A stretch of 64,000 nucleotides of DNA from assembly GCF_032444005.1 (NCBI RefSeq), contig NC_091285.1, forward strand, positions 666,128,001-666,192,000. Reading direction: 5' to 3'. Source of the DNA: Ranitomeya imitator (Eukaryota). Every line of letters starts with the position of its first letter. Positions within the stretch are counted from its first letter, which is position 1. The notes under the pieces are model-generated. The model was not told the origin of the DNA. It saw only the letters and a program-made list of their open reading frames with translations, and ran no database searches. The translations under genes and the position numbers were made by a program. This document shows positions 1 through 10,689 of the stretch, piece by piece.

Positions 1-557
1 AAGGCAGCCCCCCACATATATTGACTGTGAGTAAAGATGAAAGTCACAAACGCAGAAATGAAACAGGTTTCAGCAAAGGGAGGCCAGACTTACTAAACAG
101 ACAGAGGATAGGAAAGGTATCTTTGCGGTCAGCACAAAAAACTACAAAAGACCACGCAGAGTGTGCAAAAAGACCTCCGCACCGACTAACGGTGCGGAGA
201 TGCCACTCTGCATCCCAGAGTTTCCAGCTAGCAAGACAAAATCATGATAACCAGCTGGACAAGGAAACAATGAACAAATAATAACTATCAGGAACTTAGC
301 TTCTGCTGGAGAAGACAGGTCACCAGAAAGATCCAAGAGCGAACTGAACCAATGCAGGAACATTGACAGCTGGCATGGAGTAACGATCTGAGTGGAGTTA
401 AATAGAGCAGCCAACCAAAGGATAAACCACGTCACCTGTATAAGGAACCTCAGAAGCAGCAGCTTCACTCACAGCCACCAGAGGGAGTCCATGGACAGAA
501 CTCGCCGAAGTACCATTCACGACCATAGGAGGGAGTTCGACAACAGAATTCACAACA
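1..557 (-). mobile_element. LTR of a Ty3/gypsy-like retrotransposon, cut by the window edge
   Basis: Colinear and clearly similar to 48573-49117. It ends in the same ...agaattcacaaca terminus (TGTTGTG on the minus strand), and there is a TATA-like ctatttaa on the minus strand. The superfamily is inferred because no internal region is visible. Confidence 0.7.
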
Positions 558-930
558 CTGCTCCTCCCATCACAGGGTGGAACAGTCAGGAGGGAGGAGC
601 TATGTGACATGGAGTCTGCTCCTCCCACCACATGGTGATAGGAGGGAGGAGCCATGTGACAAGGAGTCTGCTCCTCCCACCACAGGGTGATAGGAGGGAG
701 GAGCCATGTGACAAGGAGTCTGCTCCTCCCACCACAGGGTGATAGGAGGGAGGAGCCATGTGACAAGGAGTCTGCTCCTCCCACCACATGGTGATCGGAG
801 GGAGGAGCCATGTGACAAGGAGTCTGCTCCTCCCACCACATGGTGATAGGAGGGAGGAGCCATGTGACAAGGAGTCTGCTCCTCCCACCACAGGGTGATA
901 GAAGGGAGGAGCCATGTGACAAGGAGTCTA
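558..930. repeat. 52-bp tandem repeat, about 7 copies, each internally palindromic
   Basis: Unit ggagtctgctcctcccaccacatggtgataggagggaggagccatgtgacaa recurs at 611, 663 and onward. gctcctccc and gggaggagc form an inverted pair within each unit. Confidence 0.95.
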
Positions 931-1674
931 TCCAGCCCCCTTCACATGAAAAAGTGATACTGACCTTATATATAGCATGTAAACATTAAACATCCACTAT
1001 GTGAGTGTGCAGATCACGTCATCTTCCAGTTATCTGAAAAAAAGGGGAGAAATAAATATCATGAACATTATGTAGGCGAGTTGGAGAAACATTTTCAACT
1101 AAAAATTCTAACTTCCATCTAGTATCACTAGATGACTGAATCTCAGGTAAATGAGACTGAGCTGCAATACCGCGTTTAGCCTCTGTGGAGAATATGGCGC
1201 TGCCCACCAGTTGGTCAGGGTTACTGGGAGTCAGATGTAACACTGATGTCCTGCGCTGAGGCCGTCAATATGGAAACCCCTTTAAGAATCAAAATCCTGC
1301 TATAAGAACACAACTGTATAACCAGTGCACCGTACATCGACTCACCCACGTAGTGCCTGTGCCTGACACCCTATAAAGGTTGTCACCTTCGTAAGGGTGG
1401 TAGTTCCAGTACCTAATGTTCTCACAGAAATACAGGCTGTGACCCATTAATGAGGCTACAGATGCCACTGCCACATGTATTATTAGTATTATGATTATTA
1501 TTAGTAGGAGAAACTGGAAAGACAATAAGACTATTTTAACCCACTGGTCTCCAGCTTTACATGAGTTATTAGGCAGAGGTTGGAGACGGCCCAGGAACAC
1601 AAAGAGCCATTTATATCTTGAGGACCCCCGTGGCGACTAATGAAGAATGGAACTTAGTGGGGGGCTTTATGCAT

Positions 1675-2745
1675 TATTATTATTTATTATTATAGCGCCA
1701 TTTATTCCATGGCGCTTTACATGTGAGGAGGGGTATACATAATAAAAACAAGTACAATAATCTTGAACAATACAAGTCATAACTGGTACAGGAGGAGAGA
1801 GGACCCTGCCCATGAGGGCTCACAATCTACAAGGGATGGGTGAGAATACGGTAGGTGAGGGTAGAGCTGGTCATGCAGTGGTTTGGTCGATCGGTGGTTA
1901 CTGCAGGTTGTAGGCTTGTCGTAAGAGGTGGGTCTTCGGGTTCTTTTTGAAGGTTTCGATGGTAGGTGAGAGTCTGATATGTTGTGGTAGAGAGTTCCAG
2001 AGTAGGGGTGATACGCGAGAGAAATCTTGTATACGATTGTGGGAAGAGGAGATAAGAGGGGAGTAGAGAAGGAAATCTTGTGAGGATCGGAGGTTGCGTG
2101 TAGGTAAGTGCCGGGAGACGAGGTCACAGATGTATGGAGGAGACAGGTTGTGGATGGCTTTGTATGTCATGGTTAGGCTCCGACAGATAGGGGGCGAGGT
2201 GAGGAGGTGGTGTGAGAGTGGGAGATGCTGAATGTCCGGTCAGTTAGGTATGATGAGATCCAGGATAGGGCCAAGTCTGTGATGCCAAGGGATGAGAGGG
2301 TCTGTAATAATAGGGAATGGTCCACTGTGTCACAGAGGACAGGTCCAGGAGGAGGAGGACAGAGTAGTGTCGCTTGCTCTTGGCGGTTAGTAGGTCATTG
2401 GTGACCTTAGTTAGGGCAGTTTCAGTGGAGTGGTGTGACCAGAAGCCTGATTGTAAGCGGTCGAAGAGGGAGCAGGAAGAGAGATGGGAGGACAGTTCAA
2501 GATGGACGTGTTGTTCCAGCAGTTTTGAGGCATAGGGGAGAAGTGATATAGGGCGATAGCTAGATACAGAGGATGGGTCAAGAGAGGGCTTTTTGAGGAT
2601 AGGTGTGATTTAGGCATGTTTAAAGCTTGAGGGGAAAACACCAGTTGTTAGTGATAGGTTGAAGAGATGAGTTGGGGCTGGGATGAAGACTGTGGCGAGG
2701 TGTGGGATGGGAGCGGGTCAAGTGCACAGGTGGTGAGATGCGATC
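1675..2745 (-). mobile_element. L2 (CR1/L2 group) LINE 3' fragment, internally deleted
   Basis: Minus-strand peptide ...RIQDFSRVSPLLWNSLPQHIRLSPTIETFKKNPKTHLLRQAY is a typical L2 ORF2 C-terminus. Degenerate RT motifs lie at 2200-2640, and the 3' end has a gcgccat-ttattcc-atggcgc hairpin with an (AAT)n tail. Confidence 0.85.
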
Positions 2746-2865
2746 ATAAAGTGAAGTAACATGGTCGAGTCTCACAGGATAAAATCATTTTGGTGCTAGC
2801 CTAATTTTGACTCACTCCCTGTTCATAAACCTTTGGGATGAGATAGGGTGGAGATTAAGACCTTA

Positions 2866-3183
2866 GGCTAGGTTCCCATTGCGTTAATGGGAACGCGCTA
2901 ACGGACAGCGTTGCACGGCGAAATTAACGCCGTGCAACGCGTCCGTTAGCGCGCCCATTCACGGCAATGGGAACGCGCAGCACTAGCGCGTGCCATGTTC
3001 GGCACGTGCTAGCGACGCGCCGGTGTTTTGTGGCGCACCGCGGACACTGCTTGCAGCGTCCAAGGCGCGCCCGCGGTCCGTTCCCCGCGACCCCGGAACG
3101 CGGCCCCGGTAAAAACATTGCGTTAGCGCAATCTGCTAGCGCTAGCGCTAAACGGATTGCACTAACGCAATGTGACCCTAGCC
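2866..3183. mobile_element. PIF/Harbinger-type MITE (318 bp)
   Basis: TIRs ggctaggttcccattgcgtta and taacgcaatgtgaccctagcc match at 19/21 positions. A 3-bp TTA duplication flanks it at 2863-2865 and 3184-3186. The interior is CpG-rich with hairpins. Confidence 0.85.
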
Positions 3184-3379
3184 TTACAGACCTTGCATTG
3201 TGCGGTGGACATCCTTAAAGAAGAATTTACGGTTGGAATATTAGGATTTCCAAGAGGTTCAAACCACGAAAGTCGTCCCCCAACCATTAATCCTCCGCAA
3301 GCAAACTGTACACTAAACATTTGGACAGGAAACATTCTCTTCACATCCCTCAAATACAGGTCCCCCCTTCAGCTGCTAG

Positions 3380-4470
3380 ACAGAGATGTGTGATCAGAAG
3401 GTTTCCATGTCCAATGCTGACGTCCTTTACACCACTCCAGCTGACACCTGGCATTGTACACTCAATGAGCCTAGGTTTCTCATTCATCTGATAGACAGTA
3501 ATGTGTGACTGCCCCGGAGAAGTGCTTCCACATTCAATGTTGATGGACCTTACACCAAATAAGCTGACACTTGGCACTGTGCACTCGGTGGTCCTGCTCA
3601 GTTATCCTAGGCTGCCTATCCAGCTGCTAGACATGATGTGTGGTCAGTCACTGCAGAGTAGTGCCAGTTCTGACGTCCTTTACACCACAGAAGCTGACAC
3701 TTGGCATTGTGCACTCGATGAGCTCTGTTAGACACTGATGTGTGACCACTCCATTTCTCGTTCAAGGCTGACATCCTTTACACCACTTCAGTTGACATCT
3801 GGCATTGTGCACCCGGTGGTCCTGCTCAACAAGCCCATCTTGGCCTTGCTTTGCATCTGAGCCGACATCCTTTACGCCAAAGGAACTTAAAACTGGCATT
3901 ATGCACTCGATGAGCCTAGGGTACCAACTCATCTGCTAGAGAGGATGCCTCCTTAGAAGTACCTTCACATTTAACGCTGACGTCCTTTATACCTGCTCAA
4001 TGAGCCCATCTTGGCCTTGATTTGCTGAGCTGACGTCCTTTACACCAAAGCAGTGGACACCTGGCATTGTGCACTCAACAATCTTAGGTTAGTGTCATTC
4101 ATCTGCTAGACAGTGATCACTCCAGAGTAGAGCCTTCAAGTTCAAGGCTGACATTCCTTATACCATTCCAGCTGACACCTTACGCTCGTCAGTCCTCTTC
4201 ATTTAGCCTAGTTTACGTATCCAGCAGCTAGGCATGATATGTGGTCATTGCCAATGGTGACGTCCTTCACACCACAGAAGCTGATACTTGGCATTGTGCA
4301 CTCAATGACCTCTGGTAACTCATTAATCTGCTAGTCTGCCACTCCATTTTTACATTCAAGGCTGACGTCCTTTACACCACTGTAGCTGACACCTGGCATT
4401 GTGCACTCAGTGGTCCTGCTCAATTAACTCATCTTGCCCTTGCGTTGCAACTGAGCTGATGTTCTTAGAT
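3380..4470. repeat. Degenerate modular repeat, about 9 copies
   Basis: Block gctgacgtcctttacaccac recurs at irregular spacing of roughly 50-250 bp, usually followed about 15 nt later by ctggcattgtgcactc. Confidence 0.75.
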
Positions 4471-5469
4471 GTATCGCAATATCAGTTACCATCGACCAAG
4501 GCGCCAAACGTAGGACAGCAGAGGTTTGTCTAAAGTTATTGTATGGACCGGTTGTAGATAAAATGGCCAATACCTACTAATGAACCAGAAGGGGGTGTGC
4601 AAACTTTTAGCCATTATCTCTTTGAAAGCCTCAGACCCTTTTCGGCTTGTAAAAGCCCACTGTAATGTAAGTCTGCGTTAAGTTCTTGGTCTCCAAATGA
4701 CCTTTTATTCTTTCATAACGTCCTACAGTTTCAGCTTCTCCTCCCTTCTAAAAAATGTCTTTATTACAGAAGACAATGGCCTGGAGAATTCTTCCACATT
4801 TGGCAGGGCTGGAGATGCGATTGTCCCGTTACCAGGGCACTTAATCAGACACATATTGCTCTCGGGGGTTGGTTTGGGCCCGCTTACACAACGACATGTC
4901 TGACATTTAGTTTTGCGTCTTAAAAGTGTGAGTAAAGGGTATTCGTCTGTGCCTGATTGTATAATAGGCCGACTCTTTCTATAATGAAATATCAGTGATC
5001 TCCGAAAACCTACAAATTGGGGATTTAATTAGAGAAAAAAAGACCTTTAATGTAAATGTCCTCAAAAATCCTGAAGAAGGAGGATGATGCCCGCCATCCC
5101 CCAGTTGGCCAGGCCATCGGGTCTGCCTCCATCGGGACTGCACCCTTCTGCCACCCCTGATCTGGAGACAGTTTGGGGCACCCTCCTTTTCAGAACCCAC
5201 TTCCCAAAGGAGGGCGTTTCGGGGCGATACTTATATAACTATTCCTAAAAATCCCAAGAAAGTGGAATCTGTGACGTTCACAGCTACAATGCTAGTAATA
5301 GGGGAAGGTTGTAAACTTGTCATGTGGCGCCACATTTTGGGTCCAACCAACAGATTGTAAAATGATCTACAGTGACCGCAGGAACACAACATTTGAGATA
5401 ATAACCCACAGCAACAAACTGGTCCAACCAATAGAAAACTCATCAACTAGCGGTCTAATGTGACAAAGA

Positions 5470-6725
5470 AATAAAAAAAACTAGTAAGATAAGAAAGAAG
5501 AAACTAGAGAGAGAGAGAAATACGAGAGAGAGAATCTAGAGAAAAGAGAATGAAGGAAAGAGACAGAAGGAAGGAAAGAGAAAGATGGAAGGAAAGAGAG
5601 AGAAGAAAGGAGAGATAAGAAAGGAAAGAAAGAAGAAAGGATAGAGAGAGATAAGGAAGGAAAGAGATAGAAGGAAAGAGAGAAGGAAGGAAATAGAGAG
5701 AGAAGGAAGGAAAGAGAAAAGGAAGGAGATAAGAAATGAAAGAGAAAAGGAAAGAGAGAAGGAAGAGAGAGAAGGAAGGAGAGATAAGGAAGGAAAGAGA
5801 GATCGAAGGAAAGAGAGTGAAGAGTGAGAAGGAAGGAAAGAGTGAGAAGGAAGGAGAGATAGGGAAGGAAAGAGAGCGAAAGAGAGAGAAGGAAGCAAAG
5901 AGAAGAAAGGAAAGAGAAGGAAGGAAAGAGAAGGAAGGAAAGAGAAAGAGGAGGAAAGAGAGAAGGAAGGCAAGCGTGAGAAGGAAAGAAAGCATGAGAA
6001 GGCAGGAAAGCGTGAGAAGGCAGGAAAGCGTGAGAAGGCAGGAAAGAGAGAAGGAAGGAAAGAGAGAAGGAAGGAAAGAGAGAAGGAATGAAAGCATGAG
6101 AAGGCAGGAAAGCGTGAGAAGGCAGGAAAGCATGAGAAGGCAGGAAAGAGAGAAGGAAGGAAAGAGAGAAGGAATGAAAGAGAGAAGGAAGGAAAGAGAG
6201 AGGGAAGGAAAGAGAGAAGGAATGAAAGCATGAGAAGGAAGGAAAGCGTGAGAAGGAAGGAAAGAGTGAGACAGAAAAGGAGAGAAAGAAAATAGAGAGA
6301 GAGAGGATAGGAGATGAGAGAAAGATAAAGAGACAATAGAGAAACAGAAGAGGAGAGAGACAAAGGGAGAAGAGAATAGAAAGAGAAAAGATAGAGAAGA
6401 GAGACTGAAGAGGAGAGAGAGAAGAAAGAGACAGAAGAGGATCGGAAACTAAAAGAAAAGGAAGAGAGACTGAAGAAAAGAAAGAAAACAGACAGAGGAA
6501 AGAAAGACAGAAGAAAAGAGACAGAAAATTAGAGGAAGAAAGAGAGAAGAAAGACAGGAGAGGAGGAGAGAAATACAGAAGAATTATGGGAGAGAAGGAT
6601 AGAAAGAGAAAAGACAGAAAAGAGAGAGAAGAGGAGAAAAAGAGAAAAGAGAGACAAAATAGGAGAGAAAGAGACAGAATAGAAAGATGGGAGAAGAGAA
6701 CAGATAAAGAAGATAGAGTCAGGAG
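5470..6725. repeat. Polypurine (GA-rich) low-complexity tract
   Basis: Almost exclusively A/G on the plus strand, built from gaaggaaagaga-type units. The overlapping ORFs are compositional artefacts. Confidence 0.95.
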
Positions 6726-9700
6726 AGATGGTGGTCGTGTTCTGTATCTTTGCGTGCTGCGCCCGTGTCAGACTTTCTATCATTTCATCTTTCCCTCATG
6801 ACCTCGCTGTCATGGTGGCGCCCTCAGCAGCCGTCATGTCTAAAGCATCCACCAGCATGGCCTCCCTCCACACAACTCCATATTGTAATATCAGGCGCCT
6901 TCCTGGTAACTTTACTAATTCCCCAAGTGACGGCATGTCCTGAAACTACTGACACGATCGGCCTACCTTCCTTCCATGTGAAGGGCACATTTTGGATGGG
7001 TTTGGGACCTGTTTGCTTTCACTAGGGGCCCACTCCTGAATCAATACACTCCACTTGTGTAAATGTGACACCCTGCAGAGATCCATAGGGCTCCCGCCAC
7101 CCCACTGTGGGTGACATACACATTATAGAGTCACATTACAGTAGGGTCCTGGGCGCACAGTGAGTTAATCCATTGACCTGAGGAGATAAGAAGCAGCAGG
7201 GTCTCAGAGGAAGAATGTCAGGGGCCTACTCTCCTTATTAGGGCTGATCTGCTGGTATCTACGAGAGCCTGGAATTCGGAGCATCACAACCGACTATGTA
7301 ACACAAACACCCTGTTGTCACGCAGCCCTAATACACAGTGACCCGCACTAATTATATTACCCGTGCCTAATATCCTATATACCAGGACAATGCGGGTAAT
7401 GTCAACACAGACAAAGCGCTCCTCATAGACGACATTTTTATCACCATGAGAGGACACATTGCCCATTTTAGGCCATAACTAGGGGCTTTTTTTTCTACAG
7501 TTCTACATGCAAAATCATAGTAGAAATGCTGAGATAAATGGTAAAATGGTGCCTAAAAGGCAGGCAGGGTATACCATTGGTTTGGCCCAACCTCAAGCAT
7601 CATTTGTGGTGTATTTTTTAGGCCTTTGCAGATCACTGGTAGGAGTTTTGAGACATTTGGGCCTACTAGGTAACAAATCCAGGCTAGGAGAACATCAGGT
7701 TTAAGTGGTTGGTTGTGGTCTCCATAGAGGCCTACCAGGGTGTGGATTAGTTGAATTTTGGGGAAGGGGAATGGGTGGTTATGGCAGAGAAGTCAATCAA
7801 GGCTTGTGAAGGCACACATAGTGGTGGCTTGGGGCGGTTTGTTGATGGACCATCCATTCTACAGAAGTTTAGGACAAAGTAAGGGTTTGCTCTCGTTAAC
7901 CAAAGTATATACCCAAACCACAATAACCCCAAACTGCAGTGTGGTAATCTGCCTCAAGGTCACATTCACTAACGAGAACTATTTTTAGAGAAGAAAGGCC
8001 CTAAACCCTCACAATTTAAAAAGTGCCCCCTACTGGTGCTTTTCAATCAACTCATCAAGACATATAGCAGCGATATTAAAGTTGTATGAGATACATTATA
8101 TTAAAATCTACTGTGTTGAGGTCCATAGCAGCATTAGTCTTGTGCCAAAAACCATCCCAACAAACCGCAAGGTTTTTTTTTTTTAACAAAACAGCTTCAG
8201 AAAATGTCCCTCGATCTGCTTTTATTAAAACCATATGAGGTGCAGGCCGCAGAATACTCACGAGGGGCGCATATCTATTAATATGTGAAGGCCAAAAACT
8301 GCAGAAACATCCATCTACTAAAATTTGATGAAACTTTGTAAACTTCACCAAGAAATCCATTATCTATTTCGGCTTCTTTAACCATCAGCAGAAGATCAGT
8401 CTTTTATAATTAGTCCAGTTTCCTTATAATTTACAGCAGGGATTGAACATCCTAATGGGAATTTCTAGGATATGTTTATAACTCTGGGGCCAGCTCTGGA
8501 TGAAGCAGAGACCCCAGTAACCTGAGACCTATAGACAAACAGCTGGAAGCAGTCTGGTACCCATAGAGGGGGATGGGGGTCTTCTCTTGGCAGACAGGAA
8601 GCAACTGAAAAAAAAAACGTATTGTGGGGGCTGCGAGGTACAGTCAGAACTTTCGGGAAGAAAAAACTCATAGAGTGGGAGGTATAACAAATAGCATAAA
8701 GATTGAGCAAGTATCAACCTATGTTTATATATCGGGCCGACAATAATGGCTGTCCACTTAGATAGGCAACGTTACATGTAGCCTATTACAAAAATATTAG
8801 GGCCACCATAGATTTCAATAGGCATCATGTAAACCTTTTTCTCTTTGGTCCCAGGAACGAGTCTCCTGTCAATCACGAGTGTGGGCACGTCTAATGAAAC
8901 GGGGTTTACAATTTCCCCAAGGCTGATAAGGAAGCCTTTGGATCTGTTGTGCTAAAGGAAACCTACCCAAATCAAAGGTGTAACGATAAGAGAGGCAGAG
9001 AAATGGTACAAGGTTAGTGGAAGGGGACCATGTCTACCCTCCGGAAGGGGACCATTACAAATTTAAGACTATTGAGCGGGTAGAACGTGTACCCACGGTG
9101 TTGATGTTGCGTTGGGTGTCAGAACCAGCTGAACATCTCCACTCAGAGCTGGTGTTGGGTGCCCTGGCCAATCTCGGACAACAAACTAAACCTTTGTACT
9201 TATCGTAAGAAAAGTCTATCTAAGTCTATGTAGACTGCCTGCCCAAATTATGACCCATAGTCTCAGTTGCCAAAAAGGAAGTAAAATAGCCAAAGAGCAA
9301 CAACTATGGTGCCACCTACGATGAACAATTGTATCCATGGCCCTTACTCTGGTGGAACTTCAGTCTACATTCCCTATAACAGATACAATGCACACGTCAT
9401 GTTCTCCACATAGACTATGTCCAGAAGTCGATGTGTTGTGCCGCCCTCTGTGTTGTTCCTGAGCAGTGTATAAACAAGGGGAAATACCCTGCCGAGTCCG
9501 CGTCACTACTCTGTCCGTCCCTGCTGTGTCACTCCGCACAAAAACAACTGATGTCACCATAGTTTGGCCGAAAATGTGCGGTGCGGCCCATGGAACTTAT
9601 GACAAGTCATGTTTTCTTATGGGTAAACAGCATTGACCCCATCAACTGTGTACCACTGACCACCCCGACACGTGTATCCACAGGACAAAGTTATGGATGG

Positions 9701-10689
9701 ATGACTTCAGCTGGTTCCTGACCTGACATGAATGAATGAAGATAGTCCATGCCGAGTATAACTTTCTGAAATCTCTACAGGTCTTCTCCACCACTTTATA
9801 TCTTTATCCCAATTACACAACTTCATCACTTCCTTCTCAGATCTCGCCTTTTATATTACTCCATCTATACTATGGACTACGGTCTACTTCTAGGCGTTAC
9901 TTCCTCATCACTACTCATCTCTTCCATTATCCCTCCTATTTTCTACTCCGTTACTTTTTACCGTCTCATGGCCACACGTGCCCTACTGCATGACTCTAAT
10001 ATTGGAGGTCATGTGTGTCCACCTACTTCTCCTGTGTCGCCATTGCCATTTACTTCTCAACTCCATCCACTTCTAATTTCCACACATCACCCTCTACAGT
10101 CTTCCATCGTGTACTATCCATTCCTATATACCAACTTTCATGCCACTCCACCGTCTCTATCTCTTCCCATTATGTCCTGTATACAGCAGCTTCCTCACTT
10201 GTTTCCCATTCCCATGTCAATGTCTATGTTACTCGATCACATCTTCTGCACTGCTGTCTCATTACCATCCTACCACATCCCTCCATCACTTCCCTCTCAT
10301 TCCCACAAGTCTCCTTTATTACCCCATCACTTCTTACTCAAGACCTCGCATCCAATCCCTCAGTCACTTTCTACCCACTCGTGCCCTGTATTGCTCCAGC
10401 TTCCCCTCATTCTTACCCATCTGTCTACATTTTATAGCAGTTTCTTCCCATTTCTATATACGGTACCTTTTATACTATTCTATTACATCCTCATTATTCC
10501 TACATATCGTGCAATACAATGCTCCAAAACTTCCTTTCCATTCCCAAATACCTCCCTATACAACTCTACACAACTTCCTTTCCATTCTTTCATACTCCCA
10601 CATATAACAAATCTACAACTTCCTTAACATTCTCTCATACTGCCCTGTGTAACGCTCCACAACTTACTTCCAAATCACTTCTATACTAT

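Noticed and set aside
5190-5290. Second hammerhead on the minus strand (ccgaaacg)
   Set aside because: There is no CUGANGA core or stem II upstream.
5504-6801. Leu/Ser/Phe-rich and Glu/Lys/Arg-rich ORFs
   Set aside because: They are artefacts of the GA-rich low-complexity tract.
7064-7325. Possible short solo LTR (tgtgacaccc...gttgtcacg)
   Set aside because: The 3' end is not CA, there is no target-site duplication, and there is no second copy in the window.
8040-9740. Degenerate retroelement or gene fragments in unique-looking sequence
   Set aside because: The short ORFs have no motif I can recognise. A translated search would be needed.
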